A stretch of 64,000 nucleotides of DNA. Origin: Balanoglossus misakiensis. Its lineage: Eukaryota > Animalia > Hemichordata. A program made the translations under genes and the position numbers. Location of the stretch: contig CM082584.2 in the NCBI GenBank assembly GCA_040954595.2, positions 4,964,110-5,028,109 on the forward strand. Direction: 5' to 3'. The notes beneath the pieces are model-generated. The model searched no databases, had not been told where the DNA came from, and saw only the letters and a program-made list of their open reading frames with translations. This document shows, piece after piece, positions 50,856 through 63,520 of the stretch (position 1 is its first letter; each line of letters opens with the position of its first letter).

Positions 50856-50953
50856 AGTGCGGATAAAAACAGGATACATTTGCCGAAACGTCTCCTGTTT
50901 TTATCCGCTACTACTGGTCAGTGATTATTTTATTCTACATGAGTCAAATTTAC

Positions 50954-51108
50954 CTTGTTTCACTTTGTAGAGAAGAGTCAGGGTGTCCCCAGTTGTCAGT
51001 GCAGACACATGAAGATTATCAACCGTTGGGACGATGTCGGCCAATGCTGTCAATTCATGAAAATGAGTAGCAAAGAGACAGAAACACTTCAGATTGGTGG
51101 CAATATAC
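50954..51108 (-). CDS. MSH2: MSH2 exon
   Basis: [22 protein letters not shown]...[10 protein letters not shown]. Confidence 0.95.
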
Positions 51109-51398
51109 CTGAAAGGAAAATGAAAAAATACAACAAAAGTCAGGTTGCCCAAGTAGTGACATCTGCATGTACTTCAGGAATATTTTTGTTCTCATTGCTA
51201 TGATCCATTTATAAATACAGTACAAGATTCAACCCTGTCATTAACCCATTCACCACCATAGTTCAGTCCAAACTCATTGTTTTCTATGGTAAGGTTGGTC
51301 CTCTGAAGAAGGAACTGGGCGTGAAAGTTTTAGCGAATTGATCGTAGCCATACATGTAATGTAAACCACAACAGATACTAACAATATACCACACTTAC

Positions 51399-51490
51399 TC
51401 AGATATTGCCCATGCAAGACCAAACCCATCGTAAGTACTGGTTCCCCTTCCAAGCTCATCGATTATGACAAGTGAATTCTCACTGGCAGA
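51399..51490 (-). CDS. MSH2: MSH2 exon (Walker B)
   Basis: [31 protein letters not shown]. Confidence 0.95.
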
Positions 51491-51789
51491 CTGAAAAATT
51501 ACAGTAATAATAATTAGTTTACATCACAGCAGAGGTATGTACAAGGTACAAAAAATACACAATGCAAACTTGTGGCAGTTGTGAGTAGCAAGAGACGAAA
51601 TGCAGTGGTCTTTTACAGCATTTGTGAGTGACCAAGAGTATGATTTCATGGAACTACATGTCTGCAACAATTTACATTATTAAATTTACTTTAATAAAAA
51701 AAAGAGACGATGTTTGTCGAAACAGCAAAACACGATCACAAATTCTATAGGTAGTATTGTATGGTGTTTGATGATCATTTTACACTTAC

Positions 51790-51957
51790 TCGCAAAATCG
51801 AGGCAGTTTCCAACATCTCCAACATAAAAGTGGATACTCCCTTGAGCTGGCTGTCTCCAGCACCAACTCTTGCTAGTATAGAGTCCACAATGGTGATATC
51901 AGCTTTCTGGCAGGGTACAAAACACCCAAGCTGTGCCATCAACACAATCACTCCAAT
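51790..51957 (-). CDS. MSH2: MSH2 exon
   Basis: [16 protein letters not shown]...[30 protein letters not shown]. Confidence 0.95.
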
Positions 51958-52500
51958 CTAAAAACACAAGAAATATTATGAGACAAATTATTAGCTAAAT
52001 GAATAACATGTTGATTGATGTTTATCAATTGAGGTATGTAAACGGACTCTTATCCAGAGTAAAATGAGATTTGGAGATTTTATGCAATAAAAGCGAGTTG
52101 ATTATAATTCATAGTTCCTAACATTTCTTTGCTATGTACATTGCTAATTCAGCTAATATGAAGGCATGGCAGTGGCTAACCGGTCAACTGATTTCAATAT
52201 ATATATAGTACTCATCATGTAGCTGGCCTATCTTGTATCTGTGTTAGCTTATTGAGTTTGGGATGTGTAAAACTGTTTTGATGTCTTCGCTATTCATAAT
52301 TGTTTTTAGACAAACCAAGCATCAATCGGTTACTTGTGCCTGTTGAAATATTGATCAAAAACCAGACAATTGTCACCGCAAGTGAAAACAATATTTCCTG
52401 GGAGATTTTGTGTCCTAGCTGTAGATGATAGTGTAGAGTGTAACAGGTAATCTTTTTCAAGCATCGGTGAAAGCTGTCCTACATGGGCAGACTCACTAAC

Positions 52501-52723
52501 CTGTCGGATGTATGTAGACTTTCCTCCCATGTTCGGTCCAGTTATGATATGGAACATTTTTTCGTCTTTGTGAAAGACGACGTCGTTTGGAATGAAAGCT
52601 ACATCATCTTGAACTTCAATGCACGGATGTCTAGACTGGTATAGTTCGATGGCACCATGACCTTTGCCCTTTATCATTGGCCGAACATACGGAATTGGGG
52701 CATTGACTGATACACTGGCGAAA
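52501..52723 (-). CDS. MSH2: MSH2 exon (Walker A)
   Basis: APIPYVRP...[18 protein letters not shown]...[16 protein letters not shown]. Confidence 0.96.
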
Positions 52724-52938
52724 CTATGAATGATAAAGACGAAAAAAATATATTATGAGTGGATGCATTAACATTGATAAAACTGCAAGCAATTTTTTTG
52801 TTTCCTAGCACAGCTCAATTTGTGACATTAGGCCGAACTGGTTTTGCAACTTGAAACAGGAAACAGCTGCCATACCAGCATTCTGAAAAACAAGGGTTGA
52901 TCATAAAAATGAAGAGAGACATGTCCTGATAAACTCAC

Positions 52939-53002
52939 CTAAGGAGGACATCAATGTGTGCTATGATCAGGTTTAGTTGTTGCAACGGTTCAACATATCC
53001 AG
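52939..53002 (-). CDS. MSH2: MSH2 exon
   Basis: GYVEPLQQLNLIIAHIDVLL; phases 1 to 2 fit its neighbours. Confidence 0.9.
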
Positions 53003-53277
53003 CTGAAATGGAAATGTCACAGAGGATTATAAATAGGGCTAAAGCATTTGAACAATCTAGCTATGATCTGAATATGCTTACATGTACATGTACTTTGTTT
53101 GATGAAGACTGAAAATGTCCAAATTAGTACTTTCCCCATATCGCTGCACCTAGAGCAAATACAGCCTTGATATATGGTGGGATGAAACACATAATGGAGT
53201 TTTAACGTTTCGTGTGACCTTAAAGGCACATGAGCTGCAACTTTTGATATAATTATCACACTGTTCAATACATGTAC

Positions 53278-53449
53278 CTGCTATGCCAATGATTTCTGCT
53301 ACCACTGCTTTCTGTGTTTCGGTGTAAGAATCTTTTGCCTCCATGTATTCTTCATTCATCGACTTCAAAGAAGAATTTGTGAATCGAACGCCATTTTTGT
53401 TGGTATCTATTGTGATGTAGTGCTTGTTGTTTCGAATGATTTTCTCTTC
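53278..53449 (-). CDS. MSH2: MSH2 exon
   Basis: EEKIIRNNKHYITIDTNKNGVRFTNSSLKSMNEEY... Confidence 0.93.
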
Positions 53450-53907
53450 CTGTAAACACACAAAAAAGATAGTGCTGAGGACACTGTGGTCCTTTTTTGG
53501 GATTACACAGGAAAAGGTTTACCAGTACACCAGAATACACACATACCAGGCTGCCACCACTGTTTTTCTTTCCGTTTGCCAAACTGAATTCTCATACATG
53601 CTTTTAAAAAAGGAAATTTTAATCTTGTTATCCGAGTATTATTAAATACACAAAACCAATAATTCTCATGCAGAGGTCAATAAGTTCTGTCATAAAAGAT
53701 GTGTCTGAATGTTCTCATGAACATTTAAATTTTGTCATAACAAATTGTTCAGTTTTACTAAATGGCAAATTTAAAGTTTCAAAGTTCAGACATTTTTTAT
53801 AATACATCCAAGTAACATTGACTAAACCAATTCAGCAATTCTTACAACACGTTCACACTCAGATAGGTGGTAATGTACATTCTGCTTCATCTTGTGATGG
53901 TTCAGTG

Positions 53908-56124
53908 TCACTGTACAAACACTTTGATGCAGTGGTTGCGCGTATCAGCTACAACCACACTGCAAGGCACATCATCTGTCAGTGCCATCCCAGTAGGAAA
54001 GTTAAGTTTATCACCATCTCTGTCAATACGATAAACAAACTTGCCATCACTTTCAAACTTCAGTATGCTATGAGCTCCATACGTTGAGCCAGTACTAACA
54101 TATACATATTTATCATTCTCAATGATTACTCCTCTAGGGTAACTTAGCTGACCATCCCCAATCTGACAATCAAAGGAATACAAATACTCGTCATCTGAAT
54201 TGAATACCTGGATACGCATATTCAAATAATCTGCTACAAACACCATCCCACTTTTTCCCACTACTATCCCCCAAGGGCAGTTGAACTGCCCCTGACCTTT
54301 ACCCTCTGACCCAAATGACCTAATGTACTTGCCATGTTGTGTATAAATCCTGACACATTGCCCACCCCCGTCTGTCACATAGACATTACCATTGACAGGG
54401 CTGATAGATATCCCATATGGATCTTTCAGCTCATTCTGTCCAAAACATCTGATGACAAATCCATTTTCATCACTGGCAACTACTTGCTTATTATTGTCAT
54501 CTAAACTATAGTGTGTATTATCACTTGATATGGCTATATCGCGTGGCCTGAAAGTTTCGTTAAATTGTGTAAATTTCACGATTTTCTTCACTCTGCCCTC
54601 TCTGGTGGTTATTTGTAATCTGTCATTGTCTGTATCAACAGTGACAATGTCTTTGTCTTTGTTTATGGCCACACTCAAGAGATTCTTGTACTTTCCCTCA
54701 GCACTTCCTTCACTGCCAATGGTTTGAACCCGTCCATTGATGACAGGTATGATGACAGGAGAGCCTGGTATTGCTTGATCTCCTATTGTCATGGCAAATT
54801 GATACTTCCCATCCACTTGTCCATTCACTGTCACTCTGTGTGTACCATCTCTGTTATCTGATACTTTGATGTCCTCCCATGATGCACCATGTTTTCTTAT
54901 CTTGGCTTTCACTGGTTGATTTGGGATGACTTGTTTTCCTGTAGAATCTCTGGTTGTGATCAGCAGGTGTGCAGACTCACCTCGCAGAAGTTGTTTTGGA
55001 ATGTTTTCAACTGTACAGTTTGCGATACAGATCGCATGTTGAAATATTAGCGATCCCAGAATTCCTTGCGCATTGAACTCTTCACTGTGGTTGAATACAA
55101 GTTCCTCATCAATTGTCAGTGGTTTGGTTTCCGTAATAAGTTGCTTGATGCACTGTTCTGCATCACTCTTGGTTGAAAGAAGTTGAGCAGCATTTCCGCA
55201 ATGCATCAGTGTTTCAATATAACTGCATACACTCTTAATTTTACCATGTTTTAATTCCAACTCGTCCATAGCCGTAACTGTTCTTTTTGCACTCAGTTTG
55301 TATTTTTCATTCAGCTCATCTAACAGCCTCTGTTCTTCTCTCTTTACTTTGTTGATGATTTTTTCGGCTTTCATTCTCACCTTCCTTTCTTCTTTCTTAC
55401 GCTTCTTTGTAAGATCACTGTGCAACTGCTTGGTTAGGCTTTTGTTTTTTTCAGTTTCCTGTTCTTTCACATTCAGTTTGTCCACCATGACTTTCAAGTC
55501 TCTCAGATAATCATCTGCTGCATCTTTCAGATACTTATGGTTGTGTTGTGGTACTCTGTGTTCAATGATTGTACAGTTTGTACAGATTGGTACCCGACAG
55601 GTTTCACAGAAGAATTCAATTTCATTCTTGGTGTGGACACTGCAATATTCTACAGCTTGTAACGTTGTAGGATTGGTTGACTTTGCTGCTACATATTCTT
55701 CAATGGTCAGAACTCTGTGTGTCCTTGAGACTGGTAGATTTCTGTGGGCCTTATCACAGACGTTACAGAGATAATGTTGACACTCTACACACCTGTGAGT
55801 GGCTGTATACTCTTGGCAACCTTCACACTTGATCCCAGCTCTCTGAGCAGATTCCTGTCGTTGTTCGAACAGTTCCGTCAAATTTGAAATGAAGAAGTTG
55901 GTCTTGATACCTGGAACTCCGCTGCCAGTAAGTTGATATTGCCGTCGACATTCAGGGCAGGTTAGAGATCCTGTCTTTTCAGCCAGAGTGACTAAACACT
56001 GCTCACAGTATGTATGCAGACACGGTAGAGTTTTCGGAGTTTTGTACGACTCCAGACAGATGGTACAACATAGGAAATCCTCACGGACTTCATTGAAAAA
56101 TTTACCGCTACTGCCAGCCGCCAT
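53908..56124 (-). CDS. Intronless TRIM-NHL E3 ligase (TRIM2/TRIM3/TRIM71-like), 738 aa, nested in an MSH2 intron
   Basis: C3HC4 RING (CTIC..PCLHTYCEQC..CPEC), B-box1, B-box2, coiled coil, filamin repeat (DNRDGTHRV..GSP), six NHL-type repeats (FGSEGKGQGQFNCPWGI; ADTRNHCIKVF); uninterrupted ORF. Confidence 0.92.
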   Translation of the reverse strand: MAAGSSGKFFNEVREDFLCCTICLESYKTPKTLPCLHTYCEQCLVTLAEKTGSLTCPECRRQYQLTGSGVPGIKTNFFISNLTELFEQRQESAQRAGIKCEGCQEYTATHRCVECQHYLCNVCDKAHRNLPVSRTHRVLTIEEYVAAKSTNPTTLQAVEYCSVHTKNEIEFFCETCRVPICTNCTIIEHRVPQHNHKYLKDAADDYLRDLKVMVDKLNVKEQETEKNKSLTKQLHSDLTKKRKKEERKVRMKAEKIINKVKREEQRLLDELNEKYKLSAKRTVTAMDELELKHGKIKSVCSYIETLMHCGNAAQLLSTKSDAEQCIKQLITETKPLTIDEELVFNHSEEFNAQGILGSLIFQHAICIANCTVENIPKQLLRGESAHLLITTRDSTGKQVIPNQPVKAKIRKHGASWEDIKVSDNRDGTHRVTVNGQVDGKYQFAMTIGDQAIPGSPVIIPVINGRVQTIGSEGSAEGKYKNLLSVAINKDKDIVTVDTDNDRLQITTREGRVKKIVKFTQFNETFRPRDIAISSDNTHYSLDDNNKQVVASDENGFVIRCFGQNELKDPYGISISPVNGNVYVTDGGGQCVRIYTQHGKYIRSFGSEGKGQGQFNCPWGIVVGKSGMVFVADYLNMRIQVFNSDDEYLYSFDCQIGDGQLSYPRGVIIENDKYVYVSTGSTYGAHSILKFESDGKFVYRIDRDGDKLNFPTGMALTDDVPCSVVVADTRNHCIKVFVQ

Positions 56125-57758
56125 TCCGTACGTGTATCAACTCCCAAAGCGTCAGGAACAGTTTGTAGTAAAACCCTTTATCTTGACGTTATTGAAACGC
56201 TTTGAAATGTCTGGGTATACGTCATCAGTGAAACAAAGTATACAATATATAAATAGTGTGATTCATGTGACCAACCTAAGGAGTACCGGTACACCTAGAC
56301 AACGGAGTACCTGGTGTGAGATTTTAGGTTTATTATCTGTCAAGTAATCTGAGGTCATCGCTGGATCATTTTCACAACAATGGTACGAATACACAATGTA
56401 CCTGCAGTGTACCATACAACTGAAGTATGCCAATCGTTAGTTCTAGTGTTGTTCTCTGTTGTCTGCAAATATGTGAATCTAGGTCAGAAATTTCATATAC
56501 AGGTGTATTTATTCTAATTTGAATTTCAGGGCAATTAAAGATTTTCAGTAGCATCACAAAGTTTAAATAAATACTAGACAATCATGAATAATTCTATTAT
56601 GATGTACATGCTGATGAAGTGAAATAATTAGGATTTTAATTCTGTGTTCTTTTAAAAATGAAACAATTAAACCTTTAAATTAATATGCAAAATAAGTTTA
56701 CCAATAAACAAGAAGTTTGAAATAATAGTATCATTAACTTTGCTGAACTTAAATATGCGTTAAAATTATTTTACACTAAAATATGAACTGATATAAATGC
56801 TAACATAAACCGGAAACTGCGTGCACTCGTCTTTTTCCCATAGGATTACATTGATAATTACTAGAAAGCAAACTCCTACTATTGTCATTTTCACGAAATT
56901 TTACACATAGCTCAGTCCAGTAAATATAAATTAATTGGTCAAATAAAATTGTGTGGTCACCGCACTCTATTTTGAGAAAGATTTCGTTAAAATACTAGCC
57001 CATAGACAAACCATTGGTGAAAAATGATGAGTCAGCAGTTTTCTTCTGTTATCGACTAAATTCATGGCTCTGTATTTCAAAAACAAGCGCGGTAACCCCT
57101 ATATTTTATTACGGATTTTCATTATACATACAAAGGAGAATCCAAAAATCCACAATTAAAAAAAATGACAATACTTTCAATTTTGACGAACGTCGTACAG
57201 AACATCCTTATTAAAGTTCAGTTATGAGCAGAAGAAATATTTCTACTCCGGAATACCCCAAGGTCTAATGAAATGTAGGCAAACCAGGGGCAAAAATGTT
57301 CATAAAATTGCCTTTCATAGATAAACAGAAATTATATGTAACTTTCGGATGTTTTCTCACTATTTATGAGAATTACGACTACCAACTAAAGCTCAATTAT
57401 TGAATTAGGGCTTCAAGAAAAGATGCTTATTTACATTTTACTCTTGGCCTTTATCTGATTTAAAAGTGATATGCCAACTACGCTGACTGAAATTTCAGTT
57501 GACCAGACAGATTTGTACAAGTACATGTCAACCAAAGGTATGTTACAATGGCAAATTATTTTGAGGTCAGGGAAGTCAGATAAAAGCTGACAGAGTAAAC
57601 AGATTTATTTTGTTGATATCAAGTCATTAAAGTGATGAATGTAAAATCGATAATATGAATTGGTAATAGGTGGGGCGGTTTTGTGTGCAAAGTTCTATTC
57701 AGTCTTCAGTAAAAGTACAAAAACAGCATTGGAGCTAAACAAAAAGAAATATTCATAC

Positions 57759-57904
57759 CTTTCTTGTCACTCTGAAGAAAAAGCCAAGTTGTGAATTGGA
57801 CTCTAACTTCAGAATTTTATTAACATCAACACCAAGATCTCTGGCAGCTCGGTTCAATTCCTTCTGCATGCTCCCTTCCAAGCTTTGAATTCTGCTTTTC
57901 AACT
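57759..57904 (-). CDS. MSH2: MSH2 exon
   Basis: LNRAARDLGVDVNKILKLESNSQLGFFFRVTRK; phase 0 joins the exon at 53449. Confidence 0.93.
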
Positions 57905-58371
57905 CTGGGGGGATTACATATAAAAGATTTAGGCTTGATGAAAATCAATAGTTTATAACAGTCAAATTAGATAGGTAATGCTAAATATCCAATACTGTAA
58001 AACACTTTATTTTCGCGAGCAATTAATTTTCGCCAAATTTCAGCAAATGTTCATGGTGACTAGGAGCCCACACGAAACTGTGGGCAGTTGACACACCCCC
58101 ATCTTGAAAATAGACTTTTGTTTATTTTGAACTGATGCAGTGTACACGAACTGAAAAAAGCCTGCACTAACTGTGCTGTCACATGCTACCGGAGTCATGT
58201 AGGCTGCTACTAGACCCCCCCCCCCCCCATTGACTCTGATGATTTCTCTAATGACAGAAAATTGATCACATATCTCTCACTACAGTAGGTATTATAGTTA
58301 CATGCATACATTACAAACACTGCAAACAAAACACTAAAAGTGACGAACGTAAAATTAATCTGAAAACAAAC

Positions 58372-58486
58372 CTTGCAAGTCTGGATCAAAGTCCGGTTTA
58401 ATCATGTATTCATGTTGTTCTAATTGTTCCATGTCCAGGGTAGATTCTATCATCTCTTGAAATTTTGCAAAATCCAACAAAATCTC
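58372..58486 (-). CDS. MSH2: MSH2 exon
   Basis: [33 protein letters not shown]. Confidence 0.93.
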
Positions 58487-58694
58487 CTGTCAGACAAAAA
58501 AGATCAGTCAACACCATTGCCATATATACAAAACATCTCTGCACAATTCTATGATATAATCTAATACAGAATTTGTTTGGCATGACAGAACAGAACACAG
58601 GATTATGCCATAGATGATGGATTGCATTCACACAAAGAGACACACATAAGCTTTATACAATATTGATATTTCACCATTCATAAAAATCACTAAC

Positions 58695-58948
58695 CTTTGT
58701 AGGATTAGAAAACAGCTCCATAAGTAAATGCTTATGTTTGCCTTCATGTTTTTCAATTGTTTCCAACATCACAGGCAAGCTTTCAATGGCTTGATAGACT
58801 TGGTAGCAGTCTTGAAGTGTGGCCTTGTTCCTCAGAAATTTCTTCGCGATTCTTTGAAAGTCCGGAATTCTCTTCAACTGCTCATCTTGTAACATTTGTC
58901 TCAGTTCAGAATCACTCACAAATGATTCCACCACATTCAATCTTTCCT
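58695..58948 (-). CDS. MSH2: MSH2 exon
   Basis: [37 protein letters not shown]...LQDCYQVYQ. Confidence 0.94.
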
Positions 58949-60068
58949 CTGTGAATCAAAACGAACATTTTTATCAAACACATTGTTGTCACAGGTTTCT
59001 TTACAAAGAACTACAGTATACAAGCATTAATTTCTACATACTGTAACATAGTCAAATATTTGGTACAGTACATTGTACTAAGCATGAAAACATGGAATTG
59101 GAGCTACCGGTATATTCATAAACTAATTTCTGCACTACAATCACATTTATATTTTCTATATGACTTATTGGAATTCCATGATCCCTGAATAAACAGCTTG
59201 GATGAAGTTTTTTTCAGTTAATACTGCTCTAATAAGTTGTGTTTCCCACCTATGACAACATGTCTCTAGTCTAAATTTCAAAATGTGTAAACTACCACTA
59301 TCCAACGCAGACTGTTTCAATCGCCAAGTCAGACTCTCCTGACTAAAGCAATCATGGAAGTATTACATTTTGACATTGAAAATTTGATCGTTGATACATG
59401 TACATGTACATAAACAAAACTATTACCATTTTTCTACCATTTGTTCATGATTTTCAAAATCAAATTTCTATCTGGCATTTTATGAAAATCTGATAATTGC
59501 ATATATATTCAAGACTGTCTGCGACATATTTTCAATATGGATACCAACATTTTGACAGTATCCAATTGGTAAAATATGAATTTGTATCAAAAACATTAAT
59601 CAAATTTTGCTGCCCTAAACATGGAAAATACCTGAATTGCATTTGTGGAAAATATCCTGGAAACATGAAATTCACTAAATGAGCTCAAAATGTTGTTTTT
59701 AACATGTTTGGCAGCCGTGAAATATCCCTAACCCTTAGTCAGCATTCCGATCAATTGTTTCTTTCACACGGTTCTCTGGAACATAATGGGATAAGATTCC
59801 TGTGACTAATATTAAAGTGATACATATTCTTCCCTGAATAAGCTTGTGTATAGGCTTTGATATGTATTGTTTATAACTGTCAGAAACAGACACATGCTTC
59901 AGGGAGCCGTCTTACTGCTATTGCATAGCATCTAATTTTATGTTCACACGTTGGTAAAAGAGCTTAGAGGGAGGTTTACTGTTGACCCACATTTTCACAG
60001 TATGACAGCCATATACAGTAGCACATGTTACAGCTAGTACCTACCTCTGAACTGGAACTGTCATCCAT

Positions 60069-60423
60069 TTAAATGACAAAGTCTCTCTCTCCCCGCCCTT
60101 TTTCCATTAATTATGTTTGATACAAGACACCGTTTATTTTATTCTACATGTGGATATATAATAAATGACCGTTTGATCACATACAACTTTCATCCCGTTT
60201 GTATGATATGAGAGTAAAACTTGCCCAAAATGAATAAATGGTAAAGAACGATTATTCATTTTGTCGAGTTTTTTCACTCTCCTGTCTATAAGTGGGATGG
60301 AAGGTGTGTGTGGTGAACATTGATTCACTATACCGGTATATCCACATGTACATTAACATAAACGGTGTCTTGTATCAAACATAATTAATGGAAAAAGGGC
60401 AGAGAGAGACCTTGTCCCTTTAA
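60069..60423. mobile_element. Fully palindromic ~350-bp TTAA-flanked element (family B, Kolobok-like)
   Basis: The two halves are near reverse complements; ends cttgtccctTTAA. Confidence 0.8.
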
Positions 60424-60456
60424 GATCTCATTATCAAAATTCACACCAACTCTTAC

Positions 60457-60570
60457 CTATTTTGTTTGTATCCAATAAAGGTTGTTTCAGCCACTGTGTC
60501 AGTAACCTTTGACCTGGTGCTGTTCTACATTTATTCAATAACCCTTGCAAACACATTGTTTTGTTTCCAC
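60457..60570 (-). CDS. MSH2: MSH2 exon
   Basis: [31 protein letters not shown]. Confidence 0.94.
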
Positions 60571-61138
60571 CTGTCAATAAAAAGTATTGGGTTTAATCCT
60601 GGTACAATATTACTTTTGGAATCAAGTTCATTTCTCAGAATGGGTTTCCCTGGGGTAAAATAGTAACTTCTTGAGGCAGGACATGCATACATACCCTCCA
60701 ACATTACAAAACAAAATTCTACAAACAGAATATTACTGATATCTACACTAAATGAAGCAGAACCATTCTATATAAGGAAAGGTTAAATGCATAAGTCACA
60801 TTCACACAAATATCCAATGCAATCTAACCAGTGGTACTTGAGTTTTTAAGTTCTGAATTTGCACATTTTGGGTAAGAGCAACTTTGTTTGAAAAACCATG
60901 TATAGTACAGCATGATAAAACCAAATACCAGGTACTATCAGCTGTGGGTTCCCAAGAATTTTTCACCCCAAAAATGTTTAAAAGGAGGATTTAATATACT
61001 AAATCTTCACCCAATGATACTGAACAGTGCCTCAGATTTTTTCTGAACAAACTTTTCCCTCTATACTGCCCTCTACAGGTGGGTATCAAATATGCCTTTC
61101 TCCAGTACACAATGTATGTCTAACTGGTTTTTACTAAC

Positions 61139-61259
61139 CATGTAAGCTGTTTGGAAAGAGATTCAGTGCTCTGACTGCAGCTGCATCCAGTCTCATGTAT
61201 TGGCTAAGGTCAAAGGTCTTCAGTTGAAACTCGCCAAAATTTCTCTCATCACTGAGAAG
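61139..61259 (-). CDS. MSH2: MSH2 exon
   Basis: [35 protein letters not shown]. Confidence 0.94.
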
Positions 61260-61461
61260 CTGTGGGTAGAATCAGACCAAGACAGTTGAGGGGTTTTGTA
61301 GATTGGCAAGTTGTAATATTTTTTTTTTCAGGTCAAACGTCATTATAAAATTGGTCAAAAATAGAGGGAATGTATTCAGCATAACATTTTCTGGATTACA
61401 AGGTGCAGGAGTAAGTTTTTTTGAGTGCCAGAGTAGCAATGATACAAAATAAATCACTAAC

Positions 61462-61520
61462 CTGTAAGTATTTGATCAGAGCTGACAATGAAGCCATTGC
61501 ATGGACCTTTTCTAGTTCAG
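61462..61520 (-). CDS. MSH2: MSH2 exon (most 5' exon found; the gene continues beyond the window)
   Basis: tatag|CT...CAG|gttagt; ELEKVHAMASLSALIKYLQ resembles human EMENQVAVSSLSAVIKFLE. Confidence 0.88.
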
Positions 61521-61552
61521 CTATAAACAGTAAAGAAAAGAGATAAAAATAA

Positions 61553-61902
61553 TTAAACGGACAAAGTCTCTCTGTTGCTGCTATTTTTCCATTAATTAAG
61601 TTTGATACAAGACGGCGTTTATGTTATTCTACATGTGGATATATAGTGAATCAACGTTTGGCCACACACAACTTCCACCCCACTTGTAGACACGAGAGTG
61701 AAAAACTCGCCAAAATGAATAATCGGTGTTTACCATTTATTCATTTTGGCGAGATTTTTACTCTCATATCATACAAACGGGATGGAAGTTGTGTGAGGTC
61801 GAACATTGATTCACTATATGTCCACATGTAGAATAAACGGTGTCTTGTATCAAACATAATAAATAGAAAAAGGGCAGCGAGAGAGAGACTTTGTCCCTTT
61901 AA
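61553..61902. mobile_element. Fully palindromic TTAA-flanked element (family B), opposite orientation to the 60069 copy
   Basis: TTAAacggacaaagtctc...gagactttgtccctTTAA. Confidence 0.8.
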
Positions 61903-62721
61903 TATTTGTAGACATAATTAGATTTTCCACTTGTACGATATCTGTCATGGATGGAACCCCAATTGTCAAATGTAAATGAACGAAGGTGGCGAAGAAATTT
62001 CCAGACAACTTTCAAGAAGTGAAAGTCGAGACTGATGAGGCAAAAGTCAAATACCAATCATCGGCCTCGAAGACAAACGAGAAATCACACTCCAAATCAC
62101 TTGATTCAACATAAAAAATCGGAATGTATGACACGGCAAAATGAAAGTTGAACTGTCAAAGACGCCGCCCGACGTGTGAAGGAATCAAAGGTCCTGGTTG
62201 CTAACGAGTGAAAGGCATTGTTTTTCTCGCTTATGTGACCCGGATTTCGTGATTTTGTGATACAAGGATGATTCTTAGTTTTACTGATAATTGATTGACG
62301 GTGCTGTTCTTCCAATGACTGTCCAGTACGTATTTGCATAATGTGAACCTTGACCATGTGTACGGCGCCCTCATGAGGCAAAGAGGTACAACCGTTCTCT
62401 TTGCTATCTTGGCTGCGATGAGTAGGTTGGTAACTTTTTGTCACTCTTTGAAATCGCTCATAAAAGTGTTCAGTCGTCGACATCCACTTCTATTATTGAG
62501 ATGTAATGATGTATTAGTGTCACACGAACAGTCAACTGTAATAATTTGGAAGAATGTTTAATGATTCAGTGATTTTTTTCGAGCTTTTATTCAGAGTTGA
62601 TGAAAGTACAATGAACAGTCACATGCGTTACAGTGTACTGCCATGGTCAAACAATACTTGGACATTTAGTTATAGTTATCGCCTGTTGGAAATATGTGAA
62701 TATTGGATTATAACAGTATTT

Positions 62722-63078
62722 CACGCAGCGACACTACTACCGATCATCGAAGATGTTGTGTGTACCCGGCTCCATTATCCATTCGGATCAATGGGCCACG
62801 TGTATCAACAATTATCAAACGATGATCGGTTCACGTATGCTTCGATCGGTGAATCACGGCCGGCACTTCGCCACGACCCTGTAACCGGTGTTCACACGCA
62901 AGCCGTAGTCGAGAGTTACTGGAACAAGGCCATGGCGAAGCTGAAGAGGATGAATGGTGTGTCCAAGGAAATACTGCCGGGTGATTTGGATGAGTTTAAT
63001 GTGGCGGGAGAGGTACGGGCGAGCAAAGGAGGATGCGGTGCGCAATATTTTGAGGGGTATTGCCGAGCAGTATCCCTT
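62722..63078 (+). mobile_element. Decayed Merlin/ISXO2 (IS1016-like) DDE transposase fragment
   Basis: Across frameshifts: AATLLPII...PGSIIHSDQW...VNH...DPVTGVHTQ..ESYW...LDEF/MWRER. Confidence 0.75.
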
Positions 63079-63520
63079 GCCCTAAGAAAAGAGATACCGA
63101 TACAAAACAAACAGTCCTTTTCAGGACCATTTTTACATCCTCCAAAAAGAGATATACCGTTAACTGTTACGAAGGTACTACGAATGCACAGAATTTAAAT
63201 ATCAGTGGTGGATAAACAATAAGGGTGTTCGTCATTAACATAGCATTAGCAGTAGAGGTACACCTGGGTATTTTGAATATTACGTAAGGGTTTTGATTTT
63301 TTGACTCTGGGCAACGGCAGTCAAGTGGCGTGAGCCGAACAGAAAACAGAGAAGTTGCACTCGGCCATGAGCGACGGGGACTGGTATCCTGTAATCCACG
63401 TGCAAGCTCGACGTTGAAGTTCAGCTGTTGGTTTGAATTCAGCGTTGCTCTCGGACTTAAAATGCAAGTCTACACCAGCAACTGTAAATTAATTTAACTA
63501 ATTTTTTGTTTTTGTTTCAG

